22,977 bases of DNA from Candidatus Sumerlaeia bacterium (GTDB lineage Bacteria; Sumerlaeota; Sumerlaeia; SLMS01). Under the pieces are notes generated by a model. It had not been told where the DNA came from. It made no database searches and saw nothing but the letters and a program-made list of their open reading frames with translations. This document shows, piece by piece, positions 1 to 8,802 of the stretch. The position numbers were made by a program, and so were the translations under genes. The stretch lies in the NCBI GenBank assembly GCA_038208905.1, contig JBBQYG010000054.1, forward strand, positions 1 to 22,977. The letters are read 5' to 3'. Within the stretch, counting starts at the first letter, position 1, and each line of letters begins with the position of its first letter.

Positions 1-1
1 G

Positions 2-868
2 CAAACCCGCGAAGCGCCCACATCGATAGCACAGGTATGTCGCCAACGTGAATAGGATCGCCGCGTCGGCGAATTCCGAAAGTACCAATCGCCCGACCGA
101 CACCCGCAATCTCCACTCGTTGTTAACAAATTCATAGAGCACGCCGCCGATCACCTGCCTCGGGACAATCTCCTCGATTGCTGCCAATGGAATCGCGAAA
201 ACGCCGAGGACGATCGGCGTCGTGATCACACACAGCCACCGCCGCCGATTCGCCGCCGTCCAACAGAACGACGCCACCGCGACGCACATTGCCAGCCACG
301 CCAGGACTTGATCGAGATTGAATCTCCGGTAGCGTATAAACCACTGCTGATCTTCATGGAAGTTTGCCGAATACCAGTTGATAATCTGTGATATGACTCC
401 GAGGAGCACCATTGGAAACATACAAAGCCCAAATGCCATCCAACCCCAGAACTGCGCGCCAAAGGCGACCTCCCGCATCTGTAGCAATGTCAGGCGAAGG
501 TCCTCCACCTTCGCCCGCTGGTCCGGCGCCCACGCGAACAGCACCATGCATATCCCCGACAGCAGTGCTCCAATGATAAGGACGGAGAATCGAGAGCCCT
601 CGACTCCAAACTGGCCAATCCAGAAAAGCCGCTCTACGGCACTTGGACGACCAGGGGCGGTGAAGTATCCGGCAGACTTGGCATATACAAACCACGTCAG
701 GTAGATCGTCGAACACCACGCCGCCAACGGCATCAGCACAAACAGCGACCCCCTCACCCACCCGCGCCGCCAAGGCGCCGAGCGCCTCAGCACGATGTTC
801 CGTCGCGCGCCCCCCAGCAGGTCGAGCAGGTGGCCCAGGAAGGAGAAAAATTGGCGGAAAGCGGTCAT
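2..868 (-). CDS. Multi-pass membrane protein, 3' end runs off the window (possible ABC-2-type permease-like)
   Basis: Manual translation; not in the ORF track because no stop lies in the window. The frame is open from ATG 868 (GGAGG upstream) to position 2: MTAFRQFFSFLGHLLDLLGG...GSLFVLMPLAAWCSTIYLTWFVY...SVLIIGALLSGICMVLFAW...EDLRLTLLQMREVAFG...; about 5-6 hydrophobic segments. Alternative ATG at 892. Confidence 0.8.
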   Translation of the reverse strand, partial: MTAFRQFFSFLGHLLDLLGGARRNIVLRRSAPWRRGWVRGSLFVLMPLAAWCSTIYLTWFVYAKSAGYFTAPGRPSAVERLFWIGQFGVEGSRFSVLIIGALLSGICMVLFAWAPDQRAKVEDLRLTLLQMREVAFGAQFWGWMAFGLCMFPMVLLGVISQIINWYSANFHEDQQWFIRYRRFNLDQVLAWLAMCVAVASFCWTAANRRRWLCVITTPIVLGVFAIPLAAIEEIVPRQVIGGVLYEFVNNEWRLRVSVGRLVLSEFADAAILFTLATYLCYRCGRFAGL

Positions 869-994
869 GCGGGGATATTCCTCCACAGGCATCCGGCGAT
901 GACATCGCGCCGATCAGATCGCGAACGATGATTGCAGCGGACGAAAGTGTCCCTGCGCCTTTTGCACGGTGTCATTCGGAAAGGAGGCAAGGGG

Positions 995-1672
995 CTAGGA
1001 CTCCCGCTTGCCGTCCTTCAATCGGATCGTCTGCGCGGGGGCGGGGAGGCCGGGGAGCGGGTGGTGGCTGGCGATGATCAGGATGCGGCCCTCCTCTGCG
1101 GCCCAGGCGGTCAGGAGTTCCACCACGCGGGCCGCGCTCTCGTCGTCGAGCTGGGCCGTGGGCTCGTCGGCCAGGAGCATCGCGGGCTCCGGTGCGATCG
1201 CCCGGGCGAACGCCACGCGCTGACGCTGTCCGCCGGAGAGATTCTGCACGGGGCGGCGGCACTCGGCGGCATCAAGCCCCAGGCGCCGGAGCAGATCGTC
1301 GGCGGCTGCCAGCGCCACCGCCGGCGAAAGCCCCCGCGCCCACAGCAGCGGCGCCGCCACGGCCTCCCTCGCGAGGAGCCCCGGCGGCAGCAGGTGGTGC
1401 TGGAAGACGATGCCGACCTCCCGGGCGCGATACTGCGCCAAGGCGCCTTCTCCCAATGCGGTGATCGAGCGCCCCCGAAACCTCACCGTCCCGCCGTCGG
1501 CGCGGTCGAGCCCGCCCAGGATGTTCAGCAGGGTGCTCTTGCCCGAGCCCGAGGGCCCCGCCAGCAGCACCGTGTCGCCGGCGCCGCAGGAAAAGGAAAC
1601 ACCCGCAAGGGCACGGCTCGCGGCGCCGGAAAACCGGCGCGCGAGCCCATCGACCTCGAGGGTGTTTGTCAC
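995..1672 (-). CDS. ABC transporter ATP-binding protein, LolD/MacB-like
   Basis: Walker A GPSGSGKS, Q-loop IVFQ, signature LSGGQ, Walker B LLADEPT, H-loop IASHH. Start placed at GTG 1672 (AGGA upstream, no overlap with the upstream gene); the track ORF starts at 1717. Confidence 0.9.
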   Translation of the reverse strand: MTNTLEVDGLARRFSGAASRALAGVSFSCGAGDTVLLAGPSGSGKSTLLNILGGLDRADGGTVRFRGRSITALGEGALAQYRAREVGIVFQHHLLPPGLLAREAVAAPLLWARGLSPAVALAAADDLLRRLGLDAAECRRPVQNLSGGQRQRVAFARAIAPEPAMLLADEPTAQLDDESAARVVELLTAWAAEEGRILIIASHHPLPGLPAPAQTIRLKDGKRES

Positions 1673-1688
1673 GTCCTGCGGGGACTGG

Positions 1689-2048
1689 TTACTTCTTGGC
1701 GGCTGGCGCCGCGCCATTGGTCTTCATGGCGCGGTGCTGCTTCGCCTCGCGCTCCTTTGCGATCGAGGGCGTGCCATCGGTATGGGTCCACTCGAAGTAG
1801 GTGTTCTTCTCGGCGGGATAGTGCGGAACCTGATGCCCCATGGCCACGTCGAAGTTCGGCTGGGAAGCGAGCCAGTGGATCGGGCGCGTAATCACATACT
1901 CGAGGGCGATGCCCACGGGATGAACGAAATAGGTGACAATGCGGAAGGGATTGTCGCTGGCGCCCCTCTGGTAGCGGTTGGCCATCGAGGGCACGGAGAC
2001 GGCCACGATGGAGAGGCACAGCATCGCCACGGCGATCTTCTTATTCAT
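1689..2048 (-). CDS. Small secreted hypothetical protein (119 aa)
   Basis: Signal peptide MNKKIAVAMLCLSIVAVSVPSMA, GC3-rich codon usage, amphipathic core NPFRIVTYFVHPVGIALEYVITRPIHWL. Confidence 0.8.
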   Translation of the reverse strand: MNKKIAVAMLCLSIVAVSVPSMANRYQRGASDNPFRIVTYFVHPVGIALEYVITRPIHWLASQPNFDVAMGHQVPHYPAEKNTYFEWTHTDGTPSIAKEREAKQHRAMKTNGAAPAAKK

Positions 2049-2244
2049 TTCGGGAACCCCCGGTGGTTGAGACTGTCGGGGCCAGAGTCGCGCGCAACTC
2101 GGTTCAGGTCAAGGGAAAGACCGCGCCCGCGCTCCCCCAAGATTAGGCTTGTCTGGACCGGGGGCGGCTTCGCAGGTTCTCCCCCTCGCGGGAGCGCCCC
2201 GGGCCACCGGGCGCCGCCCCCCATCCCAACGGAGTCCCGACCCC

Positions 2245-2478
2245 ATGGCGGATAAGTCCAACAAGTACGCTGAAAACGTTGCCGGCAAGTTCTTCGTCGA
2301 TGATTCCTGCATCGACTGCGACGCCTGCCGCGCCACCGCCCCGGACAACTTCGCCCGCGAGGATGAGAAGGGCTTCTCCTACGTCTTCAAGCAGCCCTCC
2401 AGCGAAGTCGAATACCAGCTCTGCATGGACGCCCTCGAGGGCTGCCCCGTCGAGGCCATCGGCAGCGACGGCGCCTGA
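2245..2478 (+). CDS. Ferredoxin, single 4Fe-4S cluster type (77 aa)
   Basis: MADKSNKYAENVAGKFFVDDSCIDCDAC...EGCPVEAIG contains CxxCxxC plus distal CP; GGAG upstream of ATG 2245. Confidence 0.93.
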   Translation: MADKSNKYAENVAGKFFVDDSCIDCDACRATAPDNFAREDEKGFSYVFKQPSSEVEYQLCMDALEGCPVEAIGSDGA

Positions 2479-2482
2479 TTTA

Positions 2483-2630
2483 CAGCAGGGGTGAGGGCTG
2501 AGGGATGAACGGCAACGGCATGGTGTGCCGCCGCAGTTTAATCCCCCCCCCATTGCATCCCACCAGCTCCGTACCACATGCCGTTCATCCCCTCTACCTC
2601 CTCACTCATCCCTGCCGTTCATCCCTCCTG
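2483..2630. repeat. Palindromic intergenic element A
   Basis: GAGGGATGAACGGCA (2500-2514) is the perfect reverse complement of TGCCGTTCATCCCTC (2613-2627); a second partial right arm lies at 2579-2591; purine-rich left half, pyrimidine-rich right half. Confidence 0.85.
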
Positions 2631-2736
2631 CTTGATCCCCGATCCCTTCCCTTTGGCCCCCCGCACAATTTCGCTTGATCTGACGCGCTCCAGGCCGTAG
2701 TGGGACATTTTTGCAAATCTGTCCGGAGGGCTGATC

Positions 2737-3132
2737 GTGTCCATCTTGCTTACCATGCGCGACGAGACGGCCGCAGGGGATCGTTCGGGGGATCTGGTTG
2801 TCGACGTGCCCGACGGCACGATGACCGTGCGGGAATTGATTCGGCAGCGGGTACTTAACGAAATTACGAATCGGATGGACGCGGACGATGCCGTGTTTGG
2901 CGGGCTGGTGCGCGTCCCCGACACGGAGGCGATGTTGAACCAGCGCGGCACGCGGCACCGGGTGGGCGTGGATCCCGATGCGCAGGTCGCCCGCGCCTGC
3001 GATGCATTCGAAAGCAACCGGTTCTTCCTTCTGGTGGATGGCCACCAGCCGACGGAACTGAACCAACAACTCGAACTCTCGGAAGCCTCGGAGATCGCAT
3101 TCGTCCGGCTCGTTCCGTTGGTGGGGGGATGA
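2737..3132 (+). CDS. Small protein with ThiS/MoaD/ubiquitin-like C-terminus (ends ...RLVPLVGG)
   Basis: GGAGG upstream of GTG 2737; 131 aa; C-terminal FLLVDGHQ...LNQQLELSEASEIAFVRLVPLVGG follows the pattern of beta-grasp sulfur-carrier C-termini. The fold call is inference. Confidence 0.8.
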   Translation: MSILLTMRDETAAGDRSGDLVVDVPDGTMTVRELIRQRVLNEITNRMDADDAVFGGLVRVPDTEAMLNQRGTRHRVGVDPDAQVARACDAFESNRFFLLVDGHQPTELNQQLELSEASEIAFVRLVPLVGG

Positions 3133-3331
3133 CCGATGTCTCTGGTGGTGAAAGAACTGCGGGAGCAGATTCGGATGGCCCTGCGGCCCACTAGATAACC
3201 GGCGCCATTGCGACGGCTTCGCTGGTGGACTATGCAAGTAGTGCCATTGGCGAAATAGAACGAACTCGCACCTGACCTGCTTACTCTCCTGACGTACCAC
3301 TGCTCGCGCAGAAGATTGGAGGAGCCACACC

Positions 3332-5923
3332 GTGCAATGGTGGAAAAGACTCTCCACCAGAAAGGGCAACGATGAGGATGGTCTTTCGCCCGTGGCAAAC
3401 GTTGCCGAGGTTCTTAGGGCCGAGGCATCGAAGACGCTCGCGGTAACCTCCATTCCTGCAACTCGGCTCACCCCGGAGATGCCCGTGGCAAAATACGCGA
3501 TGGGGGATCCCTACTCCGATCTGGGTCCTCGCATCCAGGAGTTGATGACCGTCTGCGCCCGGCTCGGATACCATTTGTCCGGGCAGCCCGATCCGAAAGT
3601 GGCCGAGCTTGCGTTCGACGACGACCCCGGTACTCAGGCTCGAATTGGCCTTGCTGTGTGCCGCTATATGATTGTGTGGGGATCGCTTTCCGAGCACACT
3701 CACCAGTTCGGCGGGCTACTGGGGCAACTCATCGCAAAGCGCGCCGAATGTTCCGAAATCGAGCTGGAATGGATCCTGTGCGCCGTGCTGATGCCGGAGC
3801 CGACCTACAGAAGGTTTGGCCATGTGACGGGCGCCGCGCGGCTGGCGGATCGATTGGCCAAGAAGCAGCCGCTGGGCGAACGCAGTCAACGGCTGCTGAT
3901 GGAAATCTCCCGCTTCCCAAGCCTCGCCGAGAACACGAGGGCGCGTCTGTGCCAGCTCGGAAGGGGTCAACCACTCGCCACGAGGCCAAATCCGGCCGGC
4001 ATGCCGTTGACCCCCCTGGTTACCGCGGAAACGAACTGGGGAAAGTCCGCATTCGAGTTCCTGGACAGCATGGAAGATGGCGAGCGCCAATCATGGATCG
4101 ACCTCATCAACCACGCGGCGACGGTCAGTGGCTCCACCCCCTCCGGAATTTGGATGAAGGAGGGCCTTGTATCCCTTGAACAGGTCGGGAAGGACGCCTT
4201 CGAGCGGAGAATGATGGATTGGATACCGATCTTTCAGCTATCGCCGGGGGGAGACGGCGCGGCTGCTCGATATTTTGCCCGGCGACGGGAGGAAAAGGAG
4301 ACGGTTGCCTACAAGGGCCTCGTTTGCTTCTGCTCATTCATCGGTAGCCCGGATCTCGCGATAGCACTGGCAGATCTTTGTCTGTATGCCTACAGGCAGG
4401 ACACCTTTATCGAGAAGGTCGCCAGCTCCGCCATCATGGCCCTGGGCGAAATGCCAAACCAGGTCGGCATTCCCCAGTTGACCAAGATCAAGTCCAAGCT
4501 GCGCCACAAGATCGCCCTCAAGAATGTAGAGAAGGCGCTGACGGTTGCCTCCCAGAAGGCGGGGATGGGCAAGGACGCCCTTCAGGAGTCGCTGGTTCCC
4601 GAGTTCGGCATGGTCGAGGTGGGTTCCGGCTCGATTCCCATCGGCGACTATACGCTGGAGTTCCAGATCGAGTCCAGCAGCCGGATCGCGCAAAGCTGGA
4701 AAAGCAGCGCCAGCAAAGTTCAAAGCTCCGTGCCCGCCGCCGTGAAGGCGGATCATGCCAGCGAATTGAAGGCCTTGAAGGACAATCTGAAGGAGTTGCA
4801 GAAGCAGCTCTCCACCCATCGTGAGCGGTTTGACCAGCTCATGCGCCGCCCGATTTCGTGGCGCTTTGACTGGTGGCGAAAGTATTACCTCGACCACCTG
4901 CTGATCGGCTGGTTCTCACGGCGGCTCATCTGGCAGTTCTCCGATGGCGGCTCGATCCGCCTTGGCTGCTGGAACGGAGAGGGGCTCGTGGACTCCGACG
5001 ACAAACCGCTGGGCAAGATCGCCGACGATGCCACGGTGGCGATCTATCACCCTGCGGGCTTTGACGAGGATGTGATCGTCGCCTGGCGAGACTGGATCGT
5101 GGGGAAGGAAATCGTCCAGCCCTTCAAGCAGGCCTTCCGCGAAGTCTACCTGGTGACCCCCGCGGAGCTCCAAACGGCAACCTACTCCAACCGATTCGCC
5201 GCTCACATCGTGCGCACCAATCAGGTGCTCGCCCTCGCCAAGACCCGCGGCTGGACGGTGAAGCCGATGGGAGGGTCCTTTGACGGCGCCGGCGAGGACC
5301 CCCCGCGCATACCCCTGCCCGAGTGGAACCTGACGGCGGAGTATTGGACGAACCCCATCAACGATGCCCACGACGACATGGGCTCGCCGCTCTATTTGAC
5401 CACTGATCAGGTCAAGTTCCTGCGCGACGGAGAAGCGCTGCCAATCTCCCAAGTTCCGATGCGCGTCTTCACGGAGATCATGCGCGACGTGGATCTCTTC
5501 GTCGGCGTGGGAAGCATCGCCAACGATCCCAACTGGGCCGACTCGGGTGAACGCCCGGACTTCGACAACTACTGGCGCATCTATTCCTTCGGGAAGGTGA
5601 GCGGAGCAGGAGCAAGCCGTCGGGCTGTGCTCGAGAAGCTGCTTCCCCGGATGAAGATCGCTCCGCGATGCAAGCTCGACGACCGCTTCCTGATCGTGAA
5701 AGGGGACCTCAAGACCTACAAGATCCACCTCGGCAGCGGCAACATCCTCATCGATTCCGGCATTTACCTCTGCATCGTCCCCCACAGCTCGCCGAGCGGA
5801 AAAATCTACCTCCCCTTCGAGGGCGACACGATGCTCTCGGTGATCATCAGCAAGGCCCTGATGCTGGCGGAGGACTCGAAGATCAAGGACGAGTCGATCC
5901 TGCGCCAGATCAAGCGCTCGTAA
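3332..5923 (+). CDS. DUF4132-domain protein (863 aa)
   Basis: GGAGGAG upstream of GTG 3332. Helical N-terminal half, then LVPEFGM...VPAAVK...RRLIW...IYHP...WRDWI...QPFKQAFREVY, recognised as DUF4132, and a C-terminal block FTEIMRDVDLFVGVGSIANDP...YKIHLGSGNI...YLCIVP...LPFEGD. Confidence 0.85.
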   Translation: MQWWKRLSTRKGNDEDGLSPVANVAEVLRAEASKTLAVTSIPATRLTPEMPVAKYAMGDPYSDLGPRIQELMTVCARLGYHLSGQPDPKVAELAFDDDPGTQARIGLAVCRYMIVWGSLSEHTHQFGGLLGQLIAKRAECSEIELEWILCAVLMPEPTYRRFGHVTGAARLADRLAKKQPLGERSQRLLMEISRFPSLAENTRARLCQLGRGQPLATRPNPAGMPLTPLVTAETNWGKSAFEFLDSMEDGERQSWIDLINHAATVSGSTPSGIWMKEGLVSLEQVGKDAFERRMMDWIPIFQLSPGGDGAAARYFARRREEKETVAYKGLVCFCSFIGSPDLAIALADLCLYAYRQDTFIEKVASSAIMALGEMPNQVGIPQLTKIKSKLRHKIALKNVEKALTVASQKAGMGKDALQESLVPEFGMVEVGSGSIPIGDYTLEFQIESSSRIAQSWKSSASKVQSSVPAAVKADHASELKALKDNLKELQKQLSTHRERFDQLMRRPISWRFDWWRKYYLDHLLIGWFSRRLIWQFSDGGSIRLGCWNGEGLVDSDDKPLGKIADDATVAIYHPAGFDEDVIVAWRDWIVGKEIVQPFKQAFREVYLVTPAELQTATYSNRFAAHIVRTNQVLALAKTRGWTVKPMGGSFDGAGEDPPRIPLPEWNLTAEYWTNPINDAHDDMGSPLYLTTDQVKFLRDGEALPISQVPMRVFTEIMRDVDLFVGVGSIANDPNWADSGERPDFDNYWRIYSFGKVSGAGASRRAVLEKLLPRMKIAPRCKLDDRFLIVKGDLKTYKIHLGSGNILIDSGIYLCIVPHSSPSGKIYLPFEGDTMLSVIISKALMLAEDSKIKDESILRQIKRS

Positions 5924-6036
5924 CGGCAGGGAGGAGGGCGAAGGGATCAACGGCAACGGCGCCGGTGTCCTTTTTTACTCCCCCATCCCTGCCGTTGTCG
6001 TTCATCCCTCATCCCTCCTTACCTCATCCCTTCTTT
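5922..6036. repeat. Palindromic intergenic element B, related to element A; may double as a terminator between convergent genes
   Basis: AGGGATCAACGGCAACGGC (5942-5960) matches the reverse complement of GCCGTTGTCGTTCATCCCT (5991-6009) at 17/19; AACGGCAGGGA (5922-5932) pairs with TCCCTGCCGTT (5986-5996); followed by several TCATCCC heptamers. Confidence 0.85.
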
Positions 6037-7038
6037 TCATCCCCTCAGCCGGGCGAACCCCTTCAGCCGCACCACCTTGATGCAGGTCTCCAGCCGGGGG
6101 CGGAACTTCTTCTTGAACTGGGCCACGCTCTCCGTGTTGGCGCCCACCCAGTCATAGAGGAACGGCGCGCCGCGCTGGCGGAAGAAGTGTTCCGTGACTG
6201 CGGCGTGAAGCAGCGACGGCCCGCCGGAGCCCTCGTCGCTATCCGGCGCGGAAGCGCCGAGCAGGTAGTACACCCGCCCCGCGTCTCCGGCGAAGACACC
6301 ACCCGCGACGGGCTCTCCGGAAGGGGCGCGGACCAGCGCGGCCTCGGCGGAGAGACCGGGTTCGTCCAGATCGAGAAGCGCCTCGTAGCACGCGGGCGCC
6401 ACGAAGTGCGGGAGGCCCTGCCGCTCGCGGGTTTTTTCCCAGAGCGCGATGATCGCGGGCAACTGCCCGCGCCCCCACTCGACAGTCAAACCCGCCTCGC
6501 GCGCCTTGCGGATCTGGCGCCGCGCCGCGCTTTCGGCCGATTGCTCCAGTGCCTCGGGCGCGCCGATCTCCGACACGTAGTTGTAGTGCGGCGTGGCCCG
6601 CCACCCCTGCCACACCAAGCCCCGCGCGTCCGGCGTCTCGGCGGGAAGGATGACCTCGGCACGGGAAACCGCGTCGGGGACGGCCAGTGCCGCCGCCTTC
6701 AGGACATCGCGCAGGAACGACTCGGAGGGATTCCGTTCGGCGAGTAGGCCCGCAAAGGGCGCGGGCGCGGTGTTCATCCACCGGAGTTCCAGCCGGTGGC
6801 GGCGCTCGACGAAGGCCAGGCCCGCAAGCAGGTCGCCGTTCTCTCCCCGCACGCCCACGCGCACCGGGCGGCCCACGTCGCGGGCGGCGCAATCGGCCCA
6901 CGCCCAATTCAGGCCCAGGTGCCCCGGCGAGCGCCGCCACAGCGCCTCCCATTCGCCGCGCGCGTCCTGGCCCAACAGGCTTGCCCGATACCCACGCGCC
7001 ACCGTTGCCACGCCCCCGCAAGGCTGAATCATTCCCAC
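6037..7038 (-). CDS. GNAT-family (FemAB/BioF2-like) acyltransferase
   Basis: ARRQIRKARE..GL, PVAGGVF, VYYLLGAS, GPSLLH, YDWVGANTESVAQFKKKF are typical of FemAB-like GNAT proteins. Start uncertain (7038, 7032 or 7011). Confidence 0.85.
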   Translation of the reverse strand: MGMIQPCGGVATVARGYRASLLGQDARGEWEALWRRSPGHLGLNWAWADCAARDVGRPVRVGVRGENGDLLAGLAFVERRHRLELRWMNTAPAPFAGLLAERNPSESFLRDVLKAAALAVPDAVSRAEVILPAETPDARGLVWQGWRATPHYNYVSEIGAPEALEQSAESAARRQIRKAREAGLTVEWGRGQLPAIIALWEKTRERQGLPHFVAPACYEALLDLDEPGLSAEAALVRAPSGEPVAGGVFAGDAGRVYYLLGASAPDSDEGSGGPSLLHAAVTEHFFRQRGAPFLYDWVGANTESVAQFKKKFRPRLETCIKVVRLKGFARLRG

Positions 7039-7208
7039 TGCGAATAAATGGGTTTCCAGACCCGGGCGAAAGGGGAATTGCCAGCTCCAGAATCCTGAAG
7101 CATCGGGGTTTCCGGAGAATTCCCTTGTGGCGACACGGGGCCTCGGGGAAGTTCGACCGTCTTCAAATGAGACGTTTTAGTGCCACACTTTCCTTATGGA
7201 GGTGCGCA

Positions 7209-7973
7209 ATGGGTGATTATGATGCCCTGGAGCGCCGATTGGCAGAGTTGAATGGAAAGCTTGACGCCGTGGCTCAGGCCAATACTGGCGCCAAGCTGAC
7301 TGCAAGGCTGGTGACCGTGGTGATCGTGATCGCGGCGGTCGGCGGCGTTTACCTGCTGCTGCGCCCTGCCATCGATGCCTACAACAATCCCAAGCCTTAT
7401 CAGGACGCGCTGGCCGAAGAGTTCAAGACCCGTGTGTTTCCCGAAATCAGCACCGAACTTCAGGAGAGCGTCAAGACGGTCGGCCCCGAAGTCGGCCAAC
7501 TCGTCATCAAGAGGATCGAGTCCCGCTATGAGGACGTGGTCAAGGTTGTGGATTTCGAGGCCAGGGAACTGGTCACCAGCCTGAAGGACCATACCCAGAC
7601 GGAGCTTTCCGGCTCCGTGACGGAACTCGAGGCGGGCCTCAAGGACCGCATCACCAAGGCCGTTCCCGAGATTGCCGACGAGGCCAATCGCGAGACCGTC
7701 ATCGGCAACGCCGCGGTCGGCATCGAGAACGCCGTCAAGCGCGTGGTTGAAGAGACCTTCGAGCGCCACATCACGACGCTCAACCAGATCGAGCTCAAGC
7801 TGCTGGAGATTCCCGTTCCCGACAGCGTCAAGAAGATGGACGACGAGGAATTGGCGATGGAGTTGCAGCGCGCCCTTTCCGAGTACGCCCTTGCGATGCT
7901 TCAGCACTCGTTCTCGCCGGAGACCAAGCAGGTCCTTGGTCGCCTTGCCGAGACCCCGACCAAGACAGACTGA
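7209..7973 (+). CDS. Single-TM, alpha-helical hypothetical protein (254 aa), paralogue 1
   Basis: GGAGGT upstream of ATG 7209; short coiled-coil, TM segment LVTVVIVIAAVGGVYLLL, long amphipathic helical region. The track ORF extension to 6687 overlaps the GNAT gene and is unlikely. Confidence 0.85.
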   Translation: MGDYDALERRLAELNGKLDAVAQANTGAKLTARLVTVVIVIAAVGGVYLLLRPAIDAYNNPKPYQDALAEEFKTRVFPEISTELQESVKTVGPEVGQLVIKRIESRYEDVVKVVDFEARELVTSLKDHTQTELSGSVTELEAGLKDRITKAVPEIADEANRETVIGNAAVGIENAVKRVVEETFERHITTLNQIELKLLEIPVPDSVKKMDDEELAMELQRALSEYALAMLQHSFSPETKQVLGRLAETPTKTD

Positions 7974-7986
7974 GGAGACCACCAAA

Positions 7987-8751
7987 ATGTCCGACAAAGA
8001 TAGCGTTCTTCGCCAGATCGGCGACTTGGAAAAGAGGCTCGAGGCCCAGATCGCCCGCGCCAAGTCCGCGCAGACGGTCTCCGTGATTATTGGCGCGGTT
8101 CTCGTCGCCGTCATGATCGGCTACTTCACCTGGATGTCCGGCATGGTGAAGGAGGCGCTCAAGCCCAAGGAAGCCGCCCAGATGGCCTCCCAGCAGATCG
8201 TCACCCGCGTCAAGGAACTGCGGCCCGACCTCGAAAAGGCTGCCCGCGAGAACGCCCCGCTGCTTGTTGACAACCTTGTCGACGAGCTGATCAACAACCA
8301 GATTCCCGCCGGCCGCAAGGCGCTGGAAAAGGAAATCAAGACCCAGAGCTCCGCCCAGGTCGCCAAGCTGATCGAGCGCATCTACGCCGAGTTCGACAAT
8401 ATCCTCGAGACCCACGCCGAACAGGTCCGCGAGATGGCCAAACTCCTCCAGACCAGCGAAGGCCGCGAGGAATTCGAGACCCAGATGTACGCCCGCATCA
8501 AGGAAGCCGTGACTGACGAGGAGATTACCAGGAACCTCGACAGCTATGGCAACGCCCTCGATGAAATCGACGCCACTCTGGGCCGCATCATCGTCCCCGG
8601 CGCGGAACTCACCCCCGCGGAGAGGAACACCCTCGAGTTGCTCGCCGTCGTCCGCGAGCTTGCCGGCCGCTCGAAGTTCGATCTCAAGACCCTTCCCGCC
8701 ATCGAAGGCCTCGACGAATCCCTGAAGGCCAAGGCCGAAGACGTCAAGTAA
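7987..8751 (+). CDS. Single-TM, alpha-helical hypothetical protein (254 aa), paralogue 2
   Basis: GAGGAG upstream of ATG 7987; same layout as the previous gene, TM segment VSVIIGAVLVAVMIGYFTWM. Confidence 0.87.
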   Translation: MSDKDSVLRQIGDLEKRLEAQIARAKSAQTVSVIIGAVLVAVMIGYFTWMSGMVKEALKPKEAAQMASQQIVTRVKELRPDLEKAARENAPLLVDNLVDELINNQIPAGRKALEKEIKTQSSAQVAKLIERIYAEFDNILETHAEQVREMAKLLQTSEGREEFETQMYARIKEAVTDEEITRNLDSYGNALDEIDATLGRIIVPGAELTPAERNTLELLAVVRELAGRSKFDLKTLPAIEGLDESLKAKAEDVK

Positions 8752-8772
8752 CGCCTCCGCCAGAAACGCGAC

Positions 8773-8802
8773 CCCCCGCCAACTCACCGGCGGGGGTTTT
8801 TT
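8773..8802 (+). terminator. Rho-independent terminator
   Basis: CCCCCGCC - 8-nt loop - GGCGGGGG followed by a T6 run, about 20 nt after the stop at 8751. Confidence 0.85.

Noticed and set aside
132-905. Track ORFs 132-344, 226-462, 354-905 and 378-704
   Set aside because: They are alternative frames of the membrane-protein CDS 2-868, which has an RBS and coherent TM segments.
2483-2630. Repeats as a CRISPR array or IS ends
   Set aside because: No constant repeat with unique spacers, and no cas, transposase or target-site duplication seen.
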